Assembly (NCBI RefSeq): GCF_009914755.1 | Contig: NC_060946.1 | From: the human T2T-CHM13v2.0 reference genome, Homo sapiens | DNA length: 64,000 nt | Strand: one strand, 5' to 3' | In this document: positions 13,695 to 27,600 of the stretch, piece after piece | Layout: each line of letters starts with the position of its first letter | How positions within the stretch are numbered: position 1 is the stretch's first letter | Made by a program: the position numbers and the translations under genes | Notes under the pieces: generated by a model | Databases searched by the model: none | What the model was told of the DNA's origin: nothing | The model's input: only the letters and a program-made list of their open reading frames with translations

Positions 13695-16301
13695 GGGTGC
13701 TCTTCCTGTTTATTCTCCAGCGGGGACCACCGTGGGCGCCTATGTCGGTTTCCAGAGACTTCCATGACTGTACCCACCCCACACTCCTCTAGAGCTGTCC
13801 TCCAGTGGGGACCACGGGGGCCGTTTCTCCCAGCTTCCGGTGGTCTGTCTGGCCTCACTCACCGGCAGTGTGGAGGCTGGGCCCTGAACTCCTCTGGGCA
13901 CAGGTGGGGCTGGCGTTGGCCGCATATCTGAGTGTCTGAAGGCGGGTGGCATGTGGGGCTCCTCTTGTCTCTATATGGGAAGAGGGGCCTGGCTCCCAGA
14001 GGGTGCCTGCATCTGCCATCTGAGAAGGGGCTCTTGCTGCTGCCGGGCAGGCATGGGTCCTGGAGCTCAGCGCTGCTGGGCTCTCTGCCCCTCGGACTCC
14101 TCTGCACCCCAACAGGCTGGGGCATGGCCTCCTCCCTCTGAGCAGCAATGGTCACGGTGCCTGTTCTGCTACCAGCGAGCTGAGCAGGGTATCGGGAGCT
14201 CGGGCTCCTGGGAGGACACCAGCTTCCTGACAAAGGTCAAGACCCCAAGGACCCACGCCAGGTGGCAGCGTCGACTCCACCCTACTATAAGTAAAGGCCA
14301 CTCCCTCACTGGCCTGCCTGGCCCAGCCCGCCTCCAGGTCCTACCAGGTTCCTCACTGGGCCCAGGTTTTCCTGGAGCCGGGCATCCTTGTCCTTCCTGA
14401 AACCGACGATGCTGTAGAAGGAGCAGCTGTTCTCTGTACAAAGAGTGCATTGTACAGCCAAGGGTTCCTCAGCGTGGGGTCCCCCAAAAGCAGACCCTAA
14501 GCCGAGGCCTGGCGTGCACATGATGTGTGCAGGAAGTGAGGACGTGGAGCGGGCGGGGAGTGCGGTCCACAAAGGCGGCTCATCCCCTGGTCACGCTGTG
14601 GGCAGCTGGACACATGACCACTGTGAAAACGGAGGAAGACAACCAATGAGAATGAGCAAAGGCCGTTACTCAGCGCCCGCAGCCTGAGGATGGCAGGAAG
14701 CTTGTGGCGGAACAGGGACGCTCCAGGTTGCGCGGATGGGAGGCCTAGGCCTGGGCAAGCCAGAGCAGCTACCTAAGGGGGCTTCAGGGCACGTTGGGTT
14801 TTCTCTGGTTGGTCCTGAGTTGGGACGAAGGGACACAAAATGAAGGAAGCTGGTGGTTACTGACCAAGTGCTGACCTTTTGGGCCTGAAGGCTGCAGAGG
14901 CTGTGGGTTGGCTTCCAAGCTTGCAGCTGCAGGACAGTGGGCTGGAATTCTGCTGTCACATGTGGTCTGGTCATTGTCCTTCTGGATGGCCAGTCAGCCC
15001 ACTGGGAGCTCTGAAAAAGGTACACACCATGGGCTGGGGCTCCGAGTCTTCTTCCCAAGGGTGAGGGGTTGGAGCATCTATGGGCCCAGCTCTGCAGGCC
15101 TTAGTTGAGGGCCACTCCTCATTGGTCCCAGGGACTGCAGCCTCCTTCTCAGTTGGACAGAGTGGGCTCCAGCGGTTGGAGAAAGCTTCCAGGCCTGGCA
15201 CTTGTGTGCTGGTCCTTGGGAGCCACTGAGGGAATGTCCTGGGGGTTCCATCAACTTTTGCAGCGAGGCTCAGCTGACTATAACCAGCATGGAAGCAGGA
15301 CAGCTACCCCATGGTGGGTGCCTTCGGTGCCACGCACAGTCTGAGACACCCGCCCCCCAGTGGCCCTGCAAAAAAGAGGAGGTGCAGAAGCTGCAGCTGG
15401 GAGAGTTGTAAGCTGGCATCTCCATCCATGAGGGGTTAGAAGGGAATTAAAATGCACGGCCCCACACCTGCTGTCTGTGCTCTGCACTCTGCCTTCTCAT
15501 CCCATGGTAAGGTGGGGGCTGGGGAACCTCATGGCCGTGGTGGGGCTGAGAGGAGCTTCCCTGGAGGAGACTGGCCATGGTCACGGCAGGCGGGAGCGGA
15601 CTCCCTGCCATGTGAGGGCATGTGGGCTCCGGCTTGAGGCAGGCCCAGGGAACAGGCAAGAACCCCACTGTCACGGCCAAGTGCTGGGTGGGGTGTAGAC
15701 CCTGAGAAGGCACAGTAGGCGGGGCACTCCTCAGGCGCTGGCTGCAGGGGATGGGAAGTGGCCCTCCTAGCGGTGGGTAGAGGAGTGGGAATGTAAATGT
15801 CCCAGATCCAGGCCCTCTGGCTTAATGGACAGCAAAGTCCTAGAAGTGGCTGTGGGGTGATGCTCCTGTTTTAGTTTTGCAAATGCATGATGCTCTGTTC
15901 CCAGCAATGTGTACATAAATATTCAGTGCACCAGGGCCACCAATACCTAACTCTTTTCAACTCTGCTTAGCTCAACCTGCCTGGCTGGTGCCAGCCTTGG
16001 GCAGAATCTGATGTTTTCCCCCATCCATTGAAGGCTTTTAGGGCATCCACAGAGAAACTGTCATTCTCAGGTCTTAGGTTCTGGACATCCACCTACCACG
16101 TTAGAGCTCTGCCTCACTGCTGAGAGGATTTCCCGGGACTTGCACCCACCGCAGCCCTGTGCTCAGCTCTCAGGAACACACATGCTGGCTTCAGCCATGG
16201 AGCTTGCCTTATGGGACTAGAATTGCCTTGGAGCAGTGGCTTGAGATGGCAGGTCTGGGTTTTATTCTCTCCTGATTGTTCCTTGCCTAGACCAAAACCA
16301 G

Positions 16302-16990
16302 GGATGGGTGGACGGATGGATGGACTGATGGTAGACAAATGGATGGATGGATGATAGATAGATAGATGAATTGATAGGTAGATGAGTAGATGGATGATGG
16401 ATGATGAATAGATGTGCAGCTGGGTGGATGGGTGGATGGATGGATGGACAGATGGATGTATGATGGATGGATTGTGGCTAGATGGATGACGGATAGATGA
16501 TGAGCTGATGATGGATGGATGATGGATGGATGGATGGATGATGGATGAATGATAGGTGGATATGGATAGATAGATGATGGATGGATGGATGATGAATGGA
16601 TGATGGGTGGACAATGAATGGATGGTGATGGGTGGATGGATGGTGGATGGATGGGTGGATGGTGGATGATGGGTGGATGGTAGGTAGATGGATGATGGGT
16701 GGATGGTAGGTAGATGGATGATGGGTGATGAATGTATGATGGGTGGATGAAAGATGGATGGATGATGGATAGATGGATGGATGGACGATGGGTGGATGAT
16801 GAATGGATGGTGATGGGTGGACGGATGGTGGATGGATGGGTGGATGGTGAATGATGGGTAGATGGTAGGTGGATGGATGATGAATGGTAGATGGGTGATG
16901 AATGATTGATTGATGGAGGGATGGATGTTGGATGGGTGGATGACAGATGGATGGATGATGTACAGATGGACAAATGGGTGAGTGGAAAGA
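16302..16990. repeat. Degenerate (TGGA)n/(GATG)n simple repeat, ~690 bp
   Basis: Continuous ggat/gatg/gggt/taga units; produces the spurious H/P/S/I-rich minus-strand ORFs. Confidence 0.95.
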
Positions 16991-17094
16991 TGAAGGGGCC
17001 TATGAGGATGTTTGGCCTCTTTAGGGAGGTAGCAGGGGCTGCCCGGGTACACCTAGCTTTAGCCCAACCTCTCCTTCTGCTGCCATAGGCAGGT

Positions 17095-17215
17095 TGCTGA
17101 GCTGCCTCAGCCTTAGTTTCCTCAGCAATACGTTGGGGGGTGGGGTGGAATCTTTGCCTAAGAAGGTTGTGAGAACTAAACGGGGTGAGGTGTGTAAAGG
17201 GTGTGGCCTGTAGAG
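17095..17215 (+). mobile_element. MIR fragment
   Basis: cctcagccttagtttcctcagc...ggttgtgagaactaaacggggtgaggtgtgtaaagggtg. Confidence 0.6.
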
Positions 17216-19350
17216 AACCCAGCCCCTGATCATGCTCTCCTCCTTTTGCCTGTGTCCTCCTTGGAAGCATTTTTCAAAGCCCTGGGTCCATGCAGCCCTT
17301 GTGGTTCTGCAGCTTTTTTGCCGTAGTTTGCTCACCACTGTGGTTTCATGATTTACGCCTGGGGCCGTCAGTGGGTTGGGTTTGTCCTTTCTCCTTTGCT
17401 CCGCAGCACTGCTGCCTGCGGACTGGCCGCACTGGATTCCCCTTTCCCTGCGGAAGGGCACTTGCGTTGTCTCCAGGTTTCGCTGTTCCACTTGTGGAGG
17501 GGCCTTTCTCCACACGGGCAGGTGCTGCTTCGGGGCATTTTCTGAAGAATAGAACTTCCAGATTTCGGGTGGGAACATCTTGAATTCGCTTTCATTTTCC
17601 TTAGGATAGTTGAACAGGAAATGATTGTTTTTAAACAAAAACACACACACAAAAATGTGTTTGCTTCCCTGAGGGGCAGGCGGAGCCCTCACTTGGGGAG
17701 AGCATCCCGCTGTGTGCTGCCCGCCTGGCCTCCGGAAGGCTGCTGGGAGGGCCCTCGTGTGTGCCCATCTGTTTCCGAGGACTGCGGGTAGCAGGCTCCC
17801 GCCCCAGGCTGAGTGCTTTCCTCCCAGCCTTATTAGGAAATGCTTTAAAAGGACAATCCCCACTTTGAGTGAATGGGATCTATTAAGCCCAGCGAAAGTG
17901 TGAGTTAATGTGTGCAGAGAAAAGATAAGAATTTCAAAAAGGAGAGCAGGGTGATCGTGGGTGCGGGTCTGGAGATAAGAGTCCCTGCGGTTGCTGTGGG
18001 CGGGGATTGGTGGGCATGGCTGGCAGGGCTGGCCAGCGTGGGCAGGTGGCCTGAGGAGAGGGGGGACAGGCCTGCTCCTCCAAAGGTCCCCTCCCAGCCC
18101 CCTCCTCCTGTCCACATTCACTCAGAACTCACCAGCTGGTCACATATCCTCCAAGCTCCTCCGGGTGAGCTCGGGAACTAAGAGCAGCTCTTAGTTCTGG
18201 GTACCCTGGGCTGTGGAAGGGGTGGCTGGGGCTGCAGGAACAGGTGTGACACCGCTGTCTGCAGGGTGGCCTGGGGAATGAGGTCTCACAGGATGATGGT
18301 CAAGAAGGGCATCCCTGGCTGAGGCTCAGCCCATGCAAGGTGCTGGGCAGGCCTGGGAACGGGCAGAGGTTTGGCTGCACTGGAGTGGCCTGCAGTCCTA
18401 GAGCTGGGAGGTGAGACCAGTGAAGAGCATGGATCCACCGTGGGCAGCGTCTGTGCCAGCTGGGGAGCTTCAGTCCCATCTAGGGGACAGTGAGTTCACG
18501 ACCTCTATTTTCTGGGTACGCCAAAGCAGGTCACAAAATAAATGCGAGTAAAACAGCCAAACCCTGGGCCAGCAGGCAGTCTGTCTTCGCCCGTGTGACT
18601 GAGCCCACAGGGCCTGCCCAGACTGCGGCCTCAGCCATCCCAAGGCCCAGCTGGTCAGCGAGAGAAAGCAGCACCTTCCCCCTGCCCTGGCCTGCGCCTC
18701 CATCTTCTCTTTTTTCCTCTGGAAACTGGTGGCCTTTCCTCTTCTGGTTTTCTATCTCTTCTATCACCTGCTCTGCTCACGTCTCGTCTGCTCCAGAGAG
18801 AGGATGTGCAACTCACTCAGCCTGGGTATGAAGCACTGAGGAGAGGTCAGAGCCAGCCCTGCTGGGGCATCTACCCTTGGTGCAGAATCAAAACTTGAGC
18901 TCAGATGAAGATTCTCTTCTGGGAGTGACTCCAGACAAGGGCTGGCTGGGACATCTCTCGGAGATCCCCACAACAGTGTGTCCCAGAGGTCTCCTTGGGG
19001 ACAAGATATGGCCTCTTCCACACATGCAGGAGGAAAAGGAGGAAAGAAAACATTGATTGAGACCAACCGTGTGCAGTGTTCTCTGCCTGCATTTGCTGTA
19101 ATCCTTGCAGTGGGCGTCAGTGAGGACTCGGGGCACAGGGAGACTAATGACTGGCCAGCGGTCTGGTCACAACGGTGGCTGGAGCTGTGACCAGTGGTCC
19201 TCCCCCCACGAAGCCCATTGCTTTTTGCCCCATGCTGCCCCATGAGCCTGGACTGCCAGCCCAGGCTCCCTTCTCCCCATTGCCCTTCTCTAGATCTCCT
19301 TCCACTGTCCAGCAGTGCTGAGCACAGCCTCTGGGGCTGGGGTGGGGGAC

Positions 19351-19442
19351 GAGGGCAGATGAGGACAGAGCATCCTTTTGTGCTCACGGCCAGGGATGAG
19401 GGCAGACGAGGGCAGAGCATCCTCTTGTGCTCACGGCCAGGG
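19351..19442. repeat. Tandem duplication, 47-bp unit x2
   Basis: gagggcagaYgaggRcagagcatcctYttgtgctcacggccaggg twice. Confidence 0.9.
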
Positions 19443-20699
19443 CTATCAGGCACCCTCCATCCTGAACCCACAGCCAGCTCTGAAGGAGGGGCAGGGCCGG
19501 GCTGTGAGCAGACTGGTTCAGGCGAACCACAGGAACCCTCACTGGCCGTGGCCTCCTACACAGCCGCCTCCCCTCTCTGGTGCCTGGTTTTGGCCTCTGT
19601 GGGATGGGGACAGCTGCCTGGGGTGTGCCAAGTACTGCAGGTGGCCGCAGTTACTCAGAAGAGGGCAATCTCCGGGGAGGACGATGGATGCAGGGCCACG
19701 GGCCGTGGATACTCAGACTAAAGCTCTAGAGGAGTGTGAGGTGGGTGCAGTCATGGAAGTTTCTGGAAACTGAAAAACCTGGCCCGGCCCCGACATTTGA
19801 AATGACCCTTTGCTTCTCACCATGTGCTTGGCATCGATTCAATAAACCGTGTGTTTGGGGTGTCTCCGGGGGGTCTGGGCGCCTTGCTGTTTTGTGACCT
19901 CTGGGATGGCTGGTCTGATAGTGGACTTGGAGGCTGCCAAGGACATGGGGAGTGTGGCCGCTACAATCAAGGCCCACGGGGTGCATAGCATTCCTGTGAG
20001 CACCATGGTCCCTCCTCACCAGAGCAACCTCAGCGCTCCCGACCTTGGCTGTGTGCATGGTGCCCGTGGAAGCCACTGTGCGTTGCCATGGGCCCAGTCT
20101 GCTGTCGTTGCATTGCTGATCCTGGCTGACACGGGGGCCGGGCTCGTCAAGTGGTCATGGAAGTGCATGCTGACCTGACCCACGTGCATCCCGGGGGGTG
20201 GCCTCCCGCAGGCCTTGCTTGGGTTCCGGGTACTGGTGAGGCCCATGGCTGCCTTCCAGGCCTGTCCCCAGCATGCGGCTGGCGTGCCCTCTCACTGTTT
20301 CCCAGGCCCAGAAAGAGGCAGGAACTATGGCCTGTCATGCTCTAGTCCTTCTGGGGACTTCTTTGGGCCCTCATGGGCCATGCTGGATTTACCCCAATGT
20401 CCTGGCCGCCAGTGCCCCCGCACACATAGCCGCGGTGCCAGAGGCCTCCCTGAGGCTGTGCTCTTCCTGGCCGACATGCTCACGTGCAGATCACCCCTCT
20501 TTCTGGCTCAGCCTCACTCCTCTGCTCCCCACACTCCCCTGGCAGGGCCCTCCCATGCTGCATCTGCCCTGCCTTCCGGTCCACACTGGATGGATTCTGC
20601 CTATTGGTCAAGGCCAACATCATGACCTCCTCCCTGCCTCGTGGTCTGTGATTGTTAGAGGCACAGGTATGATCATGCCCGCTGAAAACATGGCTGAGG

Positions 20700-22700
<2,001 letters not shown>

Positions 22701-23051
22701 AGGAATAAAGGTTGAAGTGTGTGTAGTGACCGGTCAGTGTGAATCACCTCTACCCTGTGTAGCCCAACAGGCTTCTCACTTGACCATGAGCACTTACTGT
22801 ATTCCCTGGGAATGAGCAAGGTGTGTAGACAGATGGGCCACCCTGGAAGTGGGCATGCAGCCGATGGGCAAACAGGGTCCCCACATTTGCTGGTGCTGGC
22901 GGCTTGACCCTAGGGACAGGTGTTTTTGTGCATTTCACTCTTGGGAGGAATTGTGCTACCTTTGGACCTGCTGACCCTGCTTCTCATGAGTGACCAAAGT
23001 CCTTAACTCTGCTCTGCCCTGGTTTTTTCTTAGACCTTGAGTTTTTCACTC

Positions 23052-23470
23052 CAGAAGCAGGTTCCTGGCTTTTTTTGTGTGCCATGGGCTTGTTTGGAAG
23101 TCTGGTGAAGCCTGTGCCACCCATCTCAGGACAAACTAAAAATACCTGATGAAGAAGATCAATTATATCCACATGCAGTTAGCAAATGGTAAAAAGCCTA
23201 TTTTTGATACAGTAATGTGTTTTCTTTATGAACACATTACATACAAAGTCTAGTAGTGGGACGACCATAATTTGAAGTAATGGTGAAAATAAGCAATAGA
23301 CTGAGATAGCTACAAGAGCTGTAATGTGATATGAAAATACCTGTGCTTTTTGTTGGTGACAAAGTCATAGTTATGGCTGAAGTATTGTGTTTACTGCCTA
23401 CATGCCTAACTGAAGGCAGTGTTAAATTTCGTTTAGAGACATGTTAAATGCTCACTTTCTCCATCCAAAG
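23052..23470 (+). mobile_element. hAT-Charlie DNA transposon relic (MER119-like)
   Basis: ttttttgtgtgccatggg...tttggaagtctggtgaagcctgtg...tctcag...caattatat matches the recalled MER119 start. Confidence 0.6.
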
Positions 23471-25539
23471 TCCCACACCTCAGGCACTGTGGGGACTGTC
23501 CCCGGGCAGAAGGCACCCCCTCTGTGGACAGCTTTCCTCTGGCCCTGGTCTGAGCTACACTAGCCTTAAAGCAGCAGTTTGCAGGGGTTTGGGGGAAGAC
23601 ACACCCACCCGGCACTGTGGAAGTGCAGCTCTTTGGCCAAGTGCCCTCCTGCCTGGACACCTGGCCATGCCCCTGGTTTGTTTCACCTTCTCGGGAGGAT
23701 GTGGGCATCCTTCTGTTGGTTCCCACCACAGTTTTTTCTCTTCTGTCCAGAGACTGGGCCCAGGACCCCCTCACCCTTTCTGGCTTGCTTAGATTTTGAT
23801 TAGCATTTTGATTCCCAACACAGTAATGGTTTCAGTATTTGTAAAGGGTTTTTCCTGTCATGTCAATGAGAACCCTAGGTGTCTCCTCCTGAGATGTGTG
23901 TTGGTTTTATCTGGTTCAGGTGTTCACACTGCCATCTGGAGCTGACTTCCCAATGGCACCCAGGGCCTCTTTGGTCTGCACTGTTAACTCACTCTTCGGA
24001 AGCCCTACACGAGGTTCTTGAGTTTGCAGCTGTGATTGCTTTTAAAAGTGTAAGCAATGCCACATGCATTTACTAACAGGAAGCCTTGGTGCCCGGAGAA
24101 GTGTGATGGTGGTCCCCCAACATTAGGTATGGAGGTCCTCCTGTCCCACCTGTTGAAAGTGAATTGGTGGGCCTGCCTCTATTTATGAACTTTCTTTTTT
24201 TTCTCCTTTATCCTCTTTAATTCTCTTTACAGAAGGATCTTCCAATTGTAGTTCTTAAATATTCCCTTGGTGAACGTAGCACACTTTTCTATTTTCAGAA
24301 TTTCAAATGATATGCACCTGATTGGGGACACAGTGAGTGTCAAGGGCAGGCTCTCTCTCCTGATTGAGGTCCCTTTGGGGGCCAGGGGTGAGCACATGTG
24401 ATAAGCACCCAGAAGACCCCCGAGTCCTCTGACTGGGGAGCCCTGTGCCAGGTGAGGGATGAAGGCCAACGACCTTGCTGGAGGTCAGGCTCTGCGAGCC
24501 AGGCAGGGTGGGTTCCTGAGGAGCTGCTACCTTAGATCTTTCCTAGAGAATGTCTAGGGGTGGAGAGCAGGAAACAGTGGGGTGCTTATAGGAAATGGGG
24601 TTTTGAAGGGGATTGCCTGAGCAGAGAGAATGGCTAGTCCCTCCCAGGGCAGATCCACAGCTGCTTAGTTGCTTGGCTGGTGTGAGGCTGGGGCCACTCC
24701 TTTAGGTGAGAGGAGTTGGATGGGACATTCTTGTCTCTCCTGGATGTTTTCGGGGGCAGGTGGAGGGTGATGAGCCAGAGGTGAAGAACTGCTTCGTGGA
24801 TGGCCTCTCCCCTGGCCGGCTGCTGGGCACCGCGAGCCAGGTCAGGCAGACAGCATCAAGCTTAGTGGCTGGTCCTGACTCTGCCCTTGACTTTTTAGTT
24901 GATGTTAGACCAGTCACCATGCCTCTATAAGCCTCAGTTTCCCCAGATGCATACTGATTGCCTTGATCTATCTGACCTCCAAGAGCCCTTCAGGGCCAGG
25001 CCTCTTTCCCTTCCTGGCACGTCAATACTGGTGCAAGGAGGAGACAGCCTTCATGTGAACCACATGCACCGCGGGCACCAGCACTGCCCCCACCCTGCAC
25101 AGGTCAGGAGAGAGGTTCAGGGTCCCAGGAAGCTTAGGCCCCGATTCCTGCCCACTGCTCTTTTCTGGTCATTTGAAATTGAATTTCAAATTCAATTCAG
25201 GCAAAAATACCTTGAGGCCCACCACACTGGTCTTGGTACTGGGCTCTGGGGCGAACCCCTGACGAGGACACCTGTGCCCCCTGCTCTGGGGAGCGGGGTT
25301 GGGGAGCAAAAGTGGCCTAAAACAAAGACCCTTTCTTCCTAGAGGCGGGAAGGGAGGCAGTGCAGGGAGGCATCCGTTTGTTTCCTCTGGAACGGAACGT
25401 GGGCATTAACAGTGCGCCCACGCTCTTGGGTGCAGGGCAGCTGGCTGGAGGGTGGTACACAGTAGGGGCAGGTGTGAGTGTGTTTGTGTGTGTTTCCAGG
25501 CAGATGTGCCGTTTTCAGAAGCCGCGGGACCAGCCTCCT

Positions 25540-27600
25540 CCGAGCCCTCCCAGCCGCTGGTCGGGCCCGGCTGGGGCGGTACCTGGGCCTGGGGTTTCCC
25601 TGTCTCTCCTGGGGCCTTGGGTGCGAGGGAGGCTGGGCGCCACTCGAGGCCCCGCGTCCGGTCTCCCGCGCCAGCAGGGCCGGCTCTGCAGTGAGGCCCC
25701 TGCGCACCTAGGTGGAGCCCGACCCGCAGTTTTCGGCTGGGCCGGCCCCACCTGACCCGCCGGCGCGCCAGGCGGGGGCGCTGCAGGGCGGGGTCCCCGG
25801 GGTCCCTCGCGGCCCAGTGCGCATCCGCGGCTCCGCGGCCGGGAGGAGCGCAGACGGCGGCGGGCGCGGGCCGGAGTCCGAGGCTGCGCGGGCCCGGCCA
25901 CCTGGGCCGGCAGCGACTGCGCCGCGCTCCCCCTCCCGCCGCCTCCCCCGAGGAGCCGGCGCCGAGCCGAGCGGGCGGGCGCGCGCCTCCAGGCCGGAGC
26001 AGCGGCGTCCCGCGGGCGGCGAGGCGCGCAGCGTCGCCGGCCCCACCTGTAGGCGCGGCAGCCACCGGCACCGGCACCGACACCGGCAGCGGCGGCCCAG
26101 CGTGGGCAGCCCAGGGGCGCGGTGGGCCCGGACCTAGTCCCGGCCGCGGCGGCGGAGGCGCGGGCTGCTGGGAGCGCAGAGGCCGGCACCGTCCGGTGGG
26201 GACCGGCCCGCCAGCCCCGGGCCGCGCAAGTTCGATCGCCGCGGGCTCGGCCGGGCCGCGCGGACCCCGGCGGCGGCGATGGTGCGGCAGCCCCGCGCCC
26301 GGCGCGCAGCCCCGGCCCCGAGCCTGGCCCGCCGCGGCGGCGGTGGCGGCGGCGGCGCGGCGGCCCCCTGAGCCCCGGGCCGGAGCGAGCGCGGGCGGCG
26401 GAGGAGGCGGCGGCGGCGGAGGAAGAGGAGGAGGAGGAAGGCGACGCCGAGCAGCGGGCGGTGGGGGCCGACAGGCGGAGGAGGGGGCCGGGGCCGCGCC
26501 GGACTCCCCCCCCCCGCGCCGCCCGGCCGTTGCGCAATCCGCGGCCCGCCGTCCGGGCCCTGCTGGCGGTGCGGCTCCGGGGGCGGCGGCGGGGCTGATT
26601 CATGGGGCCGCGGCGGCCGCCCCCCGGGGCCCCGCAGCCAGCGATGGTGGCCGAGTGGTCGGAGCGGCGGCCGCCGCGGCCCGAGACTTTCTGCTAACCT
26701 CCCCGCCCCCGCCCGCCCCCTCCGCGGCGCCCCCCTCCCCCCGCCCGCTCCCCTCCCCCCTGCCCAAAAAGACACAAATCGCCTCCCGGAGTGGCGCCTC
26801 CAGTCGCGGCGGAGCGCGGCGTTGGCGGCGGATGGAGGGCGCGAGCGGGCGGCTGCGGAGGCTGCACCCGGCGGGGCGCTGATGCGGCGCCTGGACCTTC
26901 GCTGCGCGACTTCGGGGGCGTCGGCCGAGTTGGGACTCCGCGATGCAGCTCCTGAAGGCGCTCTGGGCACTGGCAGGGGCCGCGCTCTGCTGCTTCCTCG
27001 TCCTAGTGATCCACGCGCAGTTCCTCAAAGAAGGTAATTGTCCCCGGGCGCGCGGACCGGTCCTCCGCGCTCTGCCCGGCTCGCGGCGGCTCCGGCGCCC
27101 GACCCGGCTTCCAGCACGTTCCGCTGCCGCCGCGCTCGGCTGAGGCTCGTGGAGCGCCACTGCGGGCCCGGAGCGGCCGGCGGCGGGACCCTACCAGGAG
27201 CCCGACCCCCCGCGGATCTCGCTGCCCCGCGCCCATCGGGGCTCACCGGCAGGGCGCGGGGTCGGGGCGCGCTGCGTTCTCGGTGCCTCTGGCGCCGCCC
27301 CGGATCCCCAGCCCAAGCCGAGGCTGCCGTTCCCATCCCCTGCCCCACTGGGCTCGGTGGCAGCGGCGCCCGCCCGCACGCCGCCGGGCCCTCGGTAGAT
27401 GGCACCAGCGCTCCACGGTGGCCGGCCGGGCTGGGGCGGGAGCGGAGCTGGGACCCGCCAGGGTGGGCGCCGGGCTGGGACCCGCGGACGTCGGGAAACC
27501 GGCCTGCGCACCTGTTCCCCAGGGCCCAAGCCGCCTTCCAGAGACCCATAGGTTTGGGAAGCAGGGGCTTGGTCACCGGGGTGCGCAGGTCCCCGCGCCA
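25540..27600. promoter_or_regulatory. TAFA5: CpG island / internal promoter and 5' UTR of TAFA5
   Basis: Very high GC and CpG density, many GC boxes, GGC/GAG triplet runs at 26330-26440; surrounds the coding first exon. Confidence 0.9.
26943..27033 (+). CDS. TAFA5: TAFA5/FAM19A5 alternative first coding exon (short isoform), encoding the signal-peptide-like N-terminus MQLLKALWALAGAALCCFLVLVIHAQFLKE plus the first base of Gly
   Basis: ATG at 26943 (gcgATGc) in a CpG island; hydrophobic signal-peptide-like run; donor AAG|GTAATT at 27033/27034 (phase 1). Peptide recognised from memory as the TAFA5 isoform 2 N-terminus, which continues GQLAAGTC... in exons outside this window. Confidence 0.93.

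Noticed and set aside
16114-18121. 312-366-aa minus-strand ORFs
   Set aside because: Two are translations of the TGGA tract. The 366-aa ORF overlaps a MIR and has no recognisable domain or exon structure.
26943-27143. 66-aa ORF as a stand-alone secreted peptide
   Set aside because: Everything after codon 31 is read-through past a good GT donor; the known protein continues in downstream exons.
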